Source of the DNA: Carpediemonas membranifera BICM
Lineage: Eukaryota; Protista; Fornicata
Direction of reading: 5' to 3'
DNA length: 64,000 nt
Assembly: GCA_019828565.1 (NCBI GenBank)
Contig: JAHDYR010000011.1
Span: 483,314 to 547,313, forward strand
This document shows positions 31,327 to 43,415 of the stretch, piece after piece. Made by a program: the position numbers and the translations under genes. The first letter of the stretch is position 1; every line of letters starts with the position of its first letter. The notes under the pieces are model-generated. The model ran no database searches and was not told the origin of the DNA. It was given only the letters and a program-made list of their open reading frames with translations.

Positions 31327-33448
31327 ATGAGTGTTGTTGATTCTTTCACACGCATTCACGTGTCCAACTTGCCTCCAAAGGCCACGAATGAGACGATCAG
31401 GAAGGCGTTCGAGCACTATGGTCTCATTACCGACATCCAGATCTTCACGACGGCGTTTGTCCCCACTTTCCAGCTCACACAGCCAAGGAAAACCAAGCTA
31501 CGCGTTCGTAGGCTTCAACACTCACAAGGCTGCCCGCGAGGCGGTGCTTCCTGGCATTTGCTCCATCAGAGGTGCCCGCGTAGAACGAGCCAAGCCCCGC
31601 GGCGACGCCACTCTCAAGTCAAAGACCAACAAGAAGCGCGCCGAGGATGCCCAGAAGCGTTCCGAGGAGCGCAAGGCCAGCCTCGAGAAGAGCAAAGACT
31701 TCTTCAAGTCCTTGCTGCTTCAGGACGAGCTCGCCAACGCTGACCAGTCGACCAAGGAGTTCATAGAGGCCAAGGGCGGCAGCGCATGGACTAAGGAGCA
31801 GGCGAGGAAGGACGAGGTTGACCCAGAGTCGGATAGCGACAGCGACAGCGACAGCGATAGCGATGCTCCCATGGAGATGCCGACCAACCTAGGTGGCGAC
31901 AGACCCCCCGCCGGCGACTCCGACTCCGACTCTGATGAGGCAGAGGCAGAGGCTGAGGCCAAGCCCCGGTCCTACCGCGAGCTCCAGCGCGACCCCGATC
32001 GCATCTTCGTCAAGGGCGTCGGCTACAACGCCACGGAGGCCGACATCCGCTCATTCTTCGAGAAATGGGGCACCATAGCTGAGGTTGAGGTGCCTGAGTC
32101 CAAGAACGGCAGCGGGGCCAACGCTGGCGTCGCCTTTGTCACTTTCGACTCCGAGGAAGTTGCCGCCAATGTCATCGCTGAGGCCAACGCTGCCGGCACC
32201 GGACTTCAGCTCATGGGCCGAAACCTGTACTGCGAGCAGGCCATGACGAAGCTCGAGGTCGAGCTCGACGACTCCGTACCCTACAAGGTCAGACGCCACA
32301 TCGAGAAGAAGCGGGCAGCGTCCTCAATCAAGGCGTGGAACACTCTCTACCAGCGGGCTGACACCGTAGCCACTCAGGCCGCCAGCATGCTCGGTGTCGA
32401 CAAGGCTGCCCTGCTCGACATTGACGCTCCCGACCTCGCCGCTAGGATGGCTGTAGCCGAGGCTGAGCTCGCTAATAGCGTCAGCAAAGCCCTGATGGAC
32501 GCGGGAATCGACCCCTCGCCTGAGCCTGGCGCCCAGCGGTCACAGACCACCCTCCTCATCAAAGGCCTGCCCCAGGACGCCACAGAGGACGACATTAGGC
32601 GTCAGCTCAAGGGCGAGCGGCCCAACGTGAAGACCAAGGACGGCGAGACGCCCCGTGCCCGCCGGGACCTGCTCGATCTAGTGCAGGGCGTCCGGCTGAT
32701 ATGTCCCGGGTTCGCGACGGTCAGCTTCTTCGACACGGCGGGGGCGAACAAGGGCCTGCGGTGCCTGCAGCTTGTGCCCATGGGCGCTGCGAGAGTCCGT
32801 ATTGTCGTGGAGAAGGCCGCCGAGCTTACCAACGCCAGGCGGCAGAAGCTCGAGAACCCGGTCTACAGCGATGAACCTGAGACAGTTGAGCAGACCGCAA
32901 CGCTCCACATCAAGAACGTCAACAAGGCGACCACCATCGAGCAGTTTACTGCCAAGATCAAGAGCGCGGCCCCCAAGAGCTTGCACGTGTCGCTGGTCAC
33001 CGCCAAGCGGCAGAGGAAGGGCGAGCACCACCAGGGCTTCGGGTTCGTCGAGTTCAGGTCTGTCCAGGACGCCCAGGCGGCCATTGACGTGATCAACAAG
33101 CTCACACTCGACGGTTATACTTTGGTCGCGCAGTTTAGCAAGACAACGAAGGATGTGATCACAGACGACACCGCCGACGAGGACAAGAGCCGCACGCTGA
33201 TCATGAAGAACCTGCCGTTCAACACCACGAAGCAGGACATCAAGAGGATGTTCAGCACGTACGGTGTGACAAATATCAGACTGCCAAGAAAGCAGGACGG
33301 CAGCGGGGAGATCAGAGGCTTTGGTTTCGTTGATTTCCCCTCTGTGGAGCGTGCTGAGCGGGCTGTTAACGAGATGAAGACGCATCTGCTCAGCAGGAGG
33401 ATAACGCTGCAGTTCGAGAAGAGCGGCAAGCGAGGGCGGGTCGAGTAA
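31327..33448 (+). CDS. RBM19: Multi-RRM protein RBM19/Mrd1; exons 31327-31454, 31483-33448
   Basis: RIHVSNLP...FTTA|QGKPSYAFVGF after splicing; WNTLY..AD.VA, AARMAVAE, GFGFVEF, LIMKNLPF, RGFGFVDF, THLLSRR. Confidence 0.88.
31455..31482 (+). other. Spliceosomal intron, 28 nt (RBM19)
   Basis: GTTTGT...GCTCACACAG; joins two ORFs in frame within RRM1. Confidence 0.88.
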
Positions 33449-33518
33449 TCTCATAAATTCTTGCGGATGATTTATCGCGGTCTTGTGAAGTCTGGTGCTG
33501 GAATCGACTCAAGTCAAT

Positions 33519-34301
33519 TCACCCCAGAGCATCGACGTCGGCCCTCTCCGTCGCGACCAGAGCACCGATGCGTCGCCGGACTTCCAGCACCAGCTCCTCA
33601 CACCCTCCTTCCAGGCCGGCTATGGCAGTGCTGAGTTGGGTCTCGGCCTGCCCGATCTCGTCGGATCCGCACTGAAGGAGGTCGGTCACGTCTCGCCGAA
33701 ACTGCACTCGCTCGAGGGCCATGTTCTCGTCAAGCTGCTCTATCCTACCCCTCAACATCTTCAGGACGGCAGCGTTGCTCGGTTCGGACGAGGGAAGCTC
33801 TTCCGACTCGAACTGCGCCTCCGGCAGGCACTGGCGAATTGTCTCGGCGGAGGGATTCAGCCGGGCAGTCACATAGTTCTTCATGGGCCCCATACCGAGG
33901 CCAGTGTCGAGGGTGATGGCGGAGAGGCCCTCAAGCAGCTTTTCGAGTGCTTGGCGCGAACGAAGCTCTTTGCGTTTCAAAATATCTGTCCTCTTCCGCT
34001 GTTGGGATAATATACGTTTCTCGTCGCCGATTTGCTCGTTGATTCGACCCAATTCCTCTTTCAGAGCAGAAATCGTCTCATCGCGACGAGAAACAAGGCC
34101 TTCCAGTCGCTTCTCGACAAATTCTACACTTGCATGGTCAATTAAAGCTAGTGCATTGCCAACAAAGAGGTCGTGCTGCTGTATGACCCGCTCCAGCTCC
34201 TCAATTCTTGACATTACTTGCTTGCGTTGCTTAAACTGCTCGAAAAAAGAAGCTCCCCAAATGAGACGATCCAAGTAGGGTTTCGCATCAATTGTCGCCA
34301 A
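33519..34301 (-). CDS. Hypothetical coiled-coil protein (start uncertain)
   Basis: 260-codon open frame rich in E/L/R heptads; the listed start is TTG and the first ATG is internal. Confidence 0.55.
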   Translation of the reverse strand: MATIDAKPYLDRLIWGASFFEQFKQRKQVMSRIEELERVIQQHDLFVGNALALIDHASVEFVEKRLEGLVSRRDETISALKEELGRINEQIGDEKRILSQQRKRTDILKRKELRSRQALEKLLEGLSAITLDTGLGMGPMKNYVTARLNPSAETIRQCLPEAQFESEELPSSEPSNAAVLKMLRGRIEQLDENMALERVQFRRDVTDLLQCGSDEIGQAETQLSTAIAGLEGGCEELVLEVRRRIGALVATERADVDALG

Positions 34302-34528
34302 TTTGGCAGTAACAAGGTTCTCGGTGCAACTACCTCCAGAAAGTCGTCAGACAATTAGCTCAAGACCAAAATAGACCGTGTCATAACGGCCAGGTTCGAC
34401 ACAAAGGATGCTTGTACTTCATCTAAGCGTCTGGGACGACCGTGTACTGTTTTCTGATATCTATGTAACTCACGTAAACGCATAGATTTTACGTAAAGGC
34501 TAGTCCTCATAAGACAATACCGCTGAGC

Positions 34529-37500
34529 ATGGCCGTATCCGTAAGTCTTCTGCCGATCTTATCGGCTCTAGTTGCTTTATACAGGTAGAAGAGAGGCTTC
34601 AGCTCACTTCACTCGGGATTAAGTCAGAATCAATCCGTTTCCAGAACGTTTCTCTCCAATCCGACAAATACATCAGCGTTCGCGACGGAACTGATGGGCA
34701 GATGAATCTTTCCATTGTTGATCTCGGCACGCAAGAGACTAACACCTTCCCGAACTTCAAGGCCGATACTGCCATCATGCATGTCTCCAAGAAGGTTGTC
34801 GCTCTCTCTGGCAGCAGCATGATTCAGATCATGGACCTGGACGAGCGCAAGAAGATCTCCAACACCCCCATGAACGAGCAGATCTCCCTGTGGCGCTGGC
34901 TCGACGAGGACACCCTCGGCGTCGTCACGACCAATTCCGTCTACCACCTTACCGACGCCATGTCCGCCAACCCCAAGCTCCGCCGCATGTGTGCCCGCAG
35001 TGACGCCATCAAGCAAGCCGCGGTCATGTCGTACTCAGCCTCCCACGACCGGCAGTGGCTCGCCATCAGCGCCATGGCCTCGGACCAGGGCCGTGCCGTT
35101 GGCAAGACCCAGCTCTACTTCAAGGGCCGTGATGCCTCTCAGATCCTCGACGGTGCCACTGCCTCTGGCACGGGCACGACGACTCACGACGGCAAGACTT
35201 TCCACCTCTTGTCCTTTGTCAACGGCGATCAGATGACAATCCTCGACGTCGGCCCCAAGAACCCTGACGGCACCCCCGCATCCGGCTTCCAGCGCGCCGT
35301 GGTGAAGCTGCCCCTACCCTCGCCCGAGGACTTCCCCCTTACGATGGCCTTCTCGTCCCGCTACGGCATGTGGTTCGTCGTCACAAAGGGCGGCGTGCTC
35401 ATCGTCGTCGACATGTTCGGCACGGTCCTGACGTCTGCCCGCATCGCCTCGGCCCCCGTATTCGCCATCACACCCGCGTCTAACGGCGGTATCGTCGGCA
35501 TCGCCATGGATGGCGCCGTAGTCAACGCTACAGTGGACGACGCCGTTCTCCTCGACAACGTCCGCCGCGTGGACGCTGACCTCGCCACGAAGCTCGCCTT
35601 CCGCTGCCCCTGGCTCGGTGGGGCCCGTAGCGTCATCGACGGCTTCTTTATGAGCCTCTTCCAGGCGGGCGACTACGCCAAGGCCGCCGCTCTTGCCATG
35701 CGCACCGGCACCGAGGGCCTCCGCACCCGCGAGACTCTCTCCCTCTTCCAACGCCAGCCCCAGACGCCCGGCCAGCCCCCCGCAGTCCTCACGTACTTCC
35801 AAACTCTCATGCAGGCCGGCGGTAAACTGCTCGACTTCGAGACGATCGAGATTGCCCGCCCCATGGTCGAGCAGGGCAAGACCGAGCTGCTCGAGCAGTG
35901 GATCCAGACGGACAAGGTCACGTGCTCCGAGACCCTCGGCAACATGCTCTCGAACCAGTCCGCCCTCGCCCTCACGGTGTTCCTCAAGGCCCAGGCCCAC
36001 CACCGCGTCGTAGAGCTCCTCGCCGAGCGTGGTGAGTTCGAGAAGGTGGTCGCGTACTGCTCCAGGGTCAACTATAGCGGGGACATGCCCTGGTTGCTCG
36101 ACCGCGTCATCGCTGCCCGCGGTCCCGTCCAGTCTATCGCCTCTAAGCTCGTCCAGGACAAGCTCATGGAGCCTCACGCCGTCGTAGACACCCTCGTGGC
36201 CGCTGGATTCGTCCGTGAGGCGACTGCTATCCTGCTCGACCTCATCAAGGCCGCTAACTACGACGAGACTACAGCTGCCCACCAGACGAAGATGCTCGCC
36301 ATCAACATCCAGACCAACCCCGACATCGCCGCATCCATCCTTGATCGCCAGATCCTGAAGCACTTTGACCGCCACGCCATTGCCACCATGTGCGAGAGAG
36401 CTCACATGAGTCTTCAGGCAGCCCGCCTCTTCGAGACCCCCGCCGACCTCCGCCGCGTCCTCCTCGCGCCCGATGACATGGTCCCCGACTTCTTTGCCGA
36501 GAAGGTCATGTCGCTCGGCCCCGAGAACGCCATGGATCTCGTCCTCGAGATCGCAGGCCGTAACATGCATGCGTACATGCCCCAGCTCGTCGCCGCATGC
36601 TGTGCTCTCGTCCCTTACCAGGACGCCAACAACCTCATGGCCATCTTCGACGACCGCCAGGCCCACGACGGCCTCTACCAGCTGACTTCCTTCCTCCTTC
36701 GGTCCCACCCCACCGAGGACGTCACCTACAAGTACATCGAGTCCGCCGTCCACCTCGGCCACGTCCAGGAGGTCGAGCGCGTGCTCAGGACCAGTGAGCA
36801 CATCGATGCCCCCCGCGTGAAGGCCTTTTTGATGCAGACTGACCTCTCGACCACCCTGCCCCTGGTCACCCTGTGTGACAGATTCAACCTCGTCCACGAG
36901 CTCGTCGAGTTCATGTACCAGCGCAAGCTCCGTCGTGGTATCGAGAACTACGTCTCCACCTACAACCCGCGCCGCGCTCCCGAAGTTGTTGCCACTCTCC
37001 TCGATATGGAAGCCGACGAAACCTTCGTCTCTGAAATCTGCGCTCACGTGGCCGACAACACTGAGCTGACTGCCGAGCTCGTCACTGTCACGGCCGAGAG
37101 GAACAGGGCTGCAATCCTCAGGGCGACCCTCGAGCAGCGCGTGGCGTCCGGCAGCAGGGACACGGTTACTCACTCTGCGCTCGCACGGATCCTCATTGAG
37201 GCCGGCGAGAAGGAGGCTGCCGTAGAGTTCCTCGAGTCGAACCAGTTCTACGACCACCTCGAGGTTGGCACGTTCTGTGTCAAGCGCGACCCTCATCTCG
37301 CCATCCTCGCCTTCTCCAATGCCCCCGGCACTGAGTGCGAGGTCCCGCTCATTCAGGTGACCAACGCCAACGCGCTCTTCAAGCACCAGGCTCGTTTCCT
37401 CGTCGAGCGCCAGTCTGACGCGCTCTGGGCGATGGTCCTGGCCCCCGACAACGAGTACCGCGAGGACGCCGTCCAGCAGGTCATCCAAGTCCTGCCCGAC

Positions 37501-39564
37501 GCTAAGACACCCGAACAGGTGTCGACTGCAGTCAAGGCCTTCATGAAGGCGGACATCCCTGACGACCTCATCGCCCTCCTCGAGCGCATCGTGCTTGAGT
37601 CTCAGGGCAAGTCCGACTTTGCCTCGCACGCGTCGCTCCAGAACTTGCTGGTGCTAACGGCCATCAAGACCGGCGCCGAGGAGCGCGTGATGAACTACAT
37701 CCAGGTCCTCACCAACTTCGACGGCGCCGAGATGGCCAGCATCGCCGTCGACACCGAGTTGTTTGACGTCGGTTTCGCCATCTACAGCAAGTTTGGCCTT
37801 CACGTCGAGGCTATCCGTGTTCTCATCAAGAACAAGGCCGACATCGACGCTGCCGCCACCTTTGCCGCTGAGGTCGACGTCCCCAAGGTCTGGTCGGCCC
37901 TAGCAGCCGCCCAGCTCGAGGCTGGGCTTGTTACTGAGGCCGTTGACTCATACGTCAAGGCCCAGGACGCCAAGGCGTACGAGACCGTGCTCGCTGCGGC
38001 CAAGCCCGATCATCTCGACGACCTCCAGCGCTACCTCGAGATGGCACGCCAGCACCTCCGCGACACGACGATCGACACCGAGCTGTGCCACGTCCTCGCC
38101 GTCACTGGCCAGCTCGACAAGCTCCGTGAGCTCCTCGCTGGGCCCAACGTCGCCCGCCTGCAGAGTGCGGGTGAGCTTTGCTACTCCGAGGGGCTCTACG
38201 AGGCAGCCAAGGTAATGTTCCAGGCGATCTCCAACCAGGGCTGGCTGGCTGACACTCACCTGCAGCTTCATGAGTACGAGGACGCCGTGGACGCTGCCCG
38301 CAAGGCCTCGTCTGTTCAGACTTGGCGCAAGGTGTCGCGTGCTTGCATTGACGCGGGTCGGTTCGAGGAGGCGACTCTCTGCGGTCACCAGCTGATCACC
38401 AACAGCGACGAGCTTGTCGACCTCATAGAGTACTACGAGGACAAGGACCTCATCAGCGAGCTTATCGAGCTGCTCGAGACCGGTATCGCTGCCCAGCGCG
38501 CCTCCATCGAGATCTTGACCTCTCTCGCCGTCGTCTACTCGAAGTATGCGCCCGACAAGCTCCTGGACCACCTCAAGGCCCACATCCGCCAGGTCAACAT
38601 CGCCAAGCTCATCAAGGTGTGCAAGGCGAACGAGCAGTGGCCCGAGCTCGTCTTCCTCTACGGAAACTATGAGGAGTACGAGAACGCCGCTATCGTCTGC
38701 ATGGAGCACCCTGACGAGGCCTGGGACTCAAAGCGGTTTGCCCTCATCCTCGACAACGTCACCAAGCCTGACGTTATCCTGCGCGCTGTGAAGTTCTACC
38801 TGGATGCCCACGAGGACCTCATCGTCGACCTCCTGATGCTCGTCGGCGCCAAGGTCGACCAGGCCAAGCTCATCGCCATCGTCAGAGAGCAGGGCAAGCT
38901 TCCCCTCATCCGAGGCTACGTCGACAACGTTCAGGAGCGCGACATCGCCGTGATCAATAGCGCCCGCAACGAGTTGCTCATCGCTGACGGCGAGGTGGAC
39001 GCCCTCGAAGCATCTGTCACGACGTACCGCAACTTTGACCAGCAGGCCCTCGCCGCCGAGCTCAAGCAGCACGAGGAGCTCGACTTCCGCCGCATCGCCG
39101 TTGTTATCTACCAGCAGCTTGGCCAGTGGGTTGACGGCGCTGAGGCGTGCAAGGCAGACGGCATGTACGATGTTGCCGTTGACTGCATCGCCGACTCGAA
39201 GGACGATGCCCTCGCGACGGCCACACTCGAGTGGGTTGTCAACAACGATACCTGGGTCGCCGAGGGCGGCGAGCCCCTCGAGGCCGAGGCCGCTGACGCA
39301 GCCCGCGACGGCATGCTCCAGAGCCTCCTCCTCAGGTGCGGCTCGATGCTCGAGCCCCATGTTGTCATCGAGCAAGCGTGGCGCCACAAGCTGACTGATG
39401 TCGTGATGCCCTACCTTATCCTGACAGTCAAGCAGGTCACTGGCCGTCTGGCTGAGCTCGAGGCCCGGGTGAAGTCGCCCGAGCCCGCCCCCAAGGCAGC
39501 GGCTACGGCGGAGGCTGACAGCAACGCCTTTGGCTTCTTCCAGGGCGCGGACGGCTTCCAATAG
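34529..39564 (+). CDS. CLTC: Clathrin heavy chain; exons 34529-34540, 34585-39564
   Basis: Spliced N-terminus MAVS|VEERLQLTSLGI...SDKYISVRD; CSETLG, KRDPHLA, LFKHQARFLVER, LQNLLVLTAIK, WPELVFLY, FRRIA. Confidence 0.97.
34541..34584 (+). other. Spliceosomal intron, 44 nt (clathrin heavy chain)
   Basis: GTAAGT...CTTTATACAG; phase 0, puts ATG 34529 in frame. Confidence 0.85.
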
Positions 39565-39638
39565 AGAATAAACGGAGTATTGTGAGAGTTTATGTGAGAA
39601 GGGACAGCCACATATGAAATTTATGATCCAATCACCCC

Positions 39639-41573
39639 TCACAGCCCCCGTAGGTCCAGCCCCGGCACAGTCACGGGAAATCGGGCGAAGTGCACCAGGC
39701 CGCCACTGAGCCTCCTCGGAGCAGTCTGGCCAGGCTGCGAGAGACCAATACCGCTGAGGTGCCCAGCCACAAACATGTCGTCGTCAGAGAGGAAGATGGT
39801 GTAATCCTGCTCCGACCAAACCTGCTTGAACTCGTCATTTGGCAGGGGTACCCTAGACCAGTCAACCACAGCCGCCCCAGGGACCCCGAGACGGAATGAC
39901 GAGTTCAAACCACGAGCAAACCAAGCACCGTCAGCCTTGCGGCGGATGAACGTGGCCTGTTTTCCGAGGACAAGCTCTGTGACGGAGAAGGGGAGGTCGG
40001 CCTCCATCACGGGCTGGTTGTGACGGTCAGACCCTGGCAAGTGGTGCTTGCTGTTGTTCCCGCCAACGAGAATGGCGCCGTCGGAACGAAGCATGGCTGA
40101 GCTTCCAGCGTTCAACACGGCGGAGGTGACGTCGAAGCTGAGCTTCCTGGGCGCAGGGACGGTCTCCTCGAATCCGTCGAGACCAAGGGCGCCGTACTTG
40201 TTTGAGCCACACACCCAGGTGCCGCGGTTGGTGACGAACATGCAGCTGTATCCATCCGCCACGATCGTCTCGACAGAGTCACCCGACCCCGAGGATCGGT
40301 CGAGAGGCAGGTCGACCTCCGTAAGGGCCCGGATCTTGCCAGTTGTGTCGTTGATGCCCAGTCGACCCGCGATGTTCTTGCCGCAGGCGAGGACTCTGTT
40401 GTTGCCCGCCAGGAACCAGGTTCCGCTCTCTCTGCTGAACACGCCGGTCAGGGTGAAGGGGGTGTGGATGGGTGCGGGCTCGACCACACGCTTGTCATCG
40501 TGACCGAGTCCCAGCTGGCCCCATCCATTAGCCCCGCAAGCGTACCAGCCACGCGTGGTCTGGAAGAAGGTCGACCAGTCCATGGGGTGGACGTGGATGG
40601 TGTCAGTGCCGGCTGGGAGCTTAACCCTTCCTGGGTTAGTCACAAGCTGACTGCCTAAGTCACCTCGCCCGAGCTTCTTCGTGAGGTTGGACCCCCATGA
40701 GTAGACCCCGCCCTTGGTGATGGCGAAGGTCGACCCGTAGCCGTAGTAAATGCTATGGGCATTGCCCACGGGCGGCACTCTGATCCAGAGAGGGCGGTCG
40801 ACCCACGCCCGGCCAAACGACCCGGTGCATTGGCCCAACGTGTTGTTCCCGCAGGCGAACAGACGCGGGGACAGCACAATGAACTGAGCGCCGTCAATAC
40901 GGCGACGCAGAGAGGGTGACGCGACGCTAGAGCGGACAAGGAAGGTCTTGCGGCACAGCATGAAAGCTGCAGGGTCGACACCGCCTGCGAACATGCAGGC
41001 AGCAATGGTGAATGGGACCATGGTATACAGTGCGTCGGGGAGGTCGCCCTTGATGTCGACAGTGGCCCTGGGGGTCTCGATGGCGACCTGGGCGTTCAAC
41101 ATGATGTTAGCACAGTGGAGCAGTGCTTGCTGCCATGTCATGGGCGGTGGCGGGGCTGCAGGATCGCTGTCGTACTCGTCGTATTCGTCGTAGGGGTCAG
41201 TGTCTGTGTGGGATGGCGTGTTGGTGGCCTTGTCCTCCACAAGGGAGGGCGGGAAGGAGTCTGCGAGGCCTGAGAGGAGGGCGCTTAGGGCCTTGACTCG
41301 GAGGAGGAGGGCACCTTTGTTGCAAGGGAGTTCGATCGTGCCGATCGGCTGTGAAGAGAAGGGTTTCAGGTACTCTATACACTTGGTGAAATGTCCAGAG
41401 ATGTTTCCCTGCTGATCTCTCAGTTGTTCCTCCGTTTGGGAGTGAAGCGTGGCGATGAGACCCACAACATCAGCGATCTTCGCCTGAGGCTTAGTGGTAG
41501 TGCAGACATTCTCATTCATTGGATCGCTTGCTTTATCCCCGTGCTCGCCGCGGGTTCTTTCAACTGTTGCCAT
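39639..41573 (-). CDS. RCC1-like repeat (beta-propeller) protein with lineage-specific N-terminal domain
   Basis: Repeats ACGNNTLGQ, SWGSN..KLG, ACGANGWGQLGLG, ACGKNIAGRLG, VCGSNKYGALG. Confidence 0.85.
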   Translation of the reverse strand: MATVERTRGEHGDKASDPMNENVCTTTKPQAKIADVVGLIATLHSQTEEQLRDQQGNISGHFTKCIEYLKPFSSQPIGTIELPCNKGALLLRVKALSALLSGLADSFPPSLVEDKATNTPSHTDTDPYDEYDEYDSDPAAPPPPMTWQQALLHCANIMLNAQVAIETPRATVDIKGDLPDALYTMVPFTIAACMFAGGVDPAAFMLCRKTFLVRSSVASPSLRRRIDGAQFIVLSPRLFACGNNTLGQCTGSFGRAWVDRPLWIRVPPVGNAHSIYYGYGSTFAITKGGVYSWGSNLTKKLGRGDLGSQLVTNPGRVKLPAGTDTIHVHPMDWSTFFQTTRGWYACGANGWGQLGLGHDDKRVVEPAPIHTPFTLTGVFSRESGTWFLAGNNRVLACGKNIAGRLGINDTTGKIRALTEVDLPLDRSSGSGDSVETIVADGYSCMFVTNRGTWVCGSNKYGALGLDGFEETVPAPRKLSFDVTSAVLNAGSSAMLRSDGAILVGGNNSKHHLPGSDRHNQPVMEADLPFSVTELVLGKQATFIRRKADGAWFARGLNSSFRLGVPGAAVVDWSRVPLPNDEFKQVWSEQDYTIFLSDDDMFVAGHLSGIGLSQPGQTAPRRLSGGLVHFARFPVTVPGLDLRGL

Positions 41574-43062
41574 TCGTATTCGTCAGTGTCCTTCTCTCGA
41601 CTTCGACAGCCTGTCTGAACTGCCGAGAAACCTGCACAACTCTCCTAGGCCTGTTGACAACCACGTCATTCATCCCAAGCTGGCCGTTGTAGTTGTCACC
41701 GCCAACCACTCACCATCGATCTCGAGCCAAAAGGATGTCTCCTGGAAGTGCCGCACACAGACACAACGGTGCCTGGATGCTCCCAGTAGACATCACCGTC
41801 ATCAGATGTCCCGAAAGATCCCTCCCTGTCTGCTCTGTTGAACACCCACGTGTCTGAGGCCGTCAGGAAGACATCGCTCGGCTCATGGGGAAGAGGTAGC
41901 GTCCAGAACTCGGTGCTGGCGCACCGGTGGCTCTCCTCCGCTGGCCTGCCCTCCAGCTGACCGTACGCTGCCCTGTAGTGCCCTGTGAACCACAGACGCT
42001 CGCCAAGGACGATGGTGCTCCGAGCGAACAGCCACACATGGGAGATGGGGCCCGGCAAGGGGACGGGGGTGAAGGTGTGGATGGATTCCTGGGGCAGGCC
42101 GACCTCACCGCCCAGGTTGGCCCCCGCCCCGAAGAGGCCGACGTCTGTGAGCACCAGCATGACGTCACAGGAGCTTGCTACAGTGAGTATCGTGGCAGTC
42201 TTAGGAATGTGCAGGGGGATAAACACGGCCGTCGAGCTGGGGGCGTCTGGCCCGAGCCCCAGTCGACCGGAGTCGTTGTCCCCGGCGACGACATGACCTG
42301 CCCTGGGTTGACACGATGATCTGGTTGTGAGACAAATACTGCGGTGACAAGCTCATTGCTATGCCACGGCCGCAGTCTCCTCTCGTACGCCTCCACTACT
42401 GGGCACCCCCACACCGCCCGATGGGGCCCACAGGCCGGACACCAGTCGCCGCCCCAGCGGAACACGCCCTTGGCAGTGACCGCGACCCCGGTGTCCATGG
42501 AGCCGTGGAGGGCGACAACCGGGGGGATTGCCAGGCGGCCAGTGGGAGGGAAGGCCCGGCCGGCATATAACGGGACGAAGGAGGCGGAATCGGCCTCGGC
42601 AGCGCGGCGTGCGAATGCAGTCTTCTTGCACAGGTACCAAAGGGGGTCGTGGCCTTCCCAAGCGTCTGCGGTCATGAGGATGGCCCACAGCGTGCCCTGG
42701 AGCAGGGTGTGCAGGGCGTCCGGGAGCTCTTGGCCGTCAGCCAGCTCGATGTTCATGGACAGCGGGGGGCCGTCTGTGAGGATCGAGCGGGCGCGGTCGA
42801 GGAGGGTTTGTGCCTTCTCGGAGAGAGGGGGGATGGCGACGAGCTTGGCGAGGAGCAATTCAAGCGTATATGAACTAGAAGGTACATCATCGTTCTCTTG
42901 GTCCTGGATTAAGGGCATATTCGTTCGGAAATGACGCGAATAGGCGTGCGCGAGAAGAGAGGGGATGTTCCCGGGGACATCGGCGGCTACGGCGACTGAA
43001 ATGTGATAGGCCTCGATAAGTGCATCTATGGGGTCTTTCGGCGTTGTTTCAGAGGCGTCCAT
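41560..43062 (-). pseudogene. Frameshifted RCC1-like paralogue
   Basis: Shares LPDALxT and LCxKTxF/L with the neighbouring gene. RCC1 pieces lie in different frames (IIVST/RAGHVVAGDNDSGRLG, GLFGAGANLGGEVG, ETSFWLEIDGEW, GGDNYNGQLG), implying about 4 indels near 42302-42330 and 41700-41745. Confidence 0.7.
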
Positions 43063-43415
43063 TGAGTTTGGCGCTCACCTCTTGGTTTCTCTGGTCGCTC
43101 TCTGGTCGACTGCGATGAAGGCCCAGTCCATGCCCGCAGATCCGGTCAACCGTCGACACTGGGACATCTCCTGGTATCTGTCTCTCCAAGCTGCATCCAT
43201 TCTTTGGGCAGAAGTCACCATGGTCTGGGAGGCAGGGTCGAGGCCACGTGATGTCCATGCGCCATCTGGTCAGCACCATCAAGGCATGCCATAAGTCGCA
43301 CAAGACTCGGCTTTCAACCGTCGAAGTTTAATTGTCACAACATAGTTGAAGTCACAATCTCGATTCGACACAGTTCTGTCGAATAATCAACCAGAACCAA
43401 CGAATGCTTGAAAGA

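Noticed and set aside
35314-37629. Long antisense ORFs (771 aa here; also 52050-53435, 55486-56955, 58262-59482, 63169-63972, 6119-7111)
   Set aside because: They are shadows of GC3-biased genes on the opposite strand and carry no motifs of their own.
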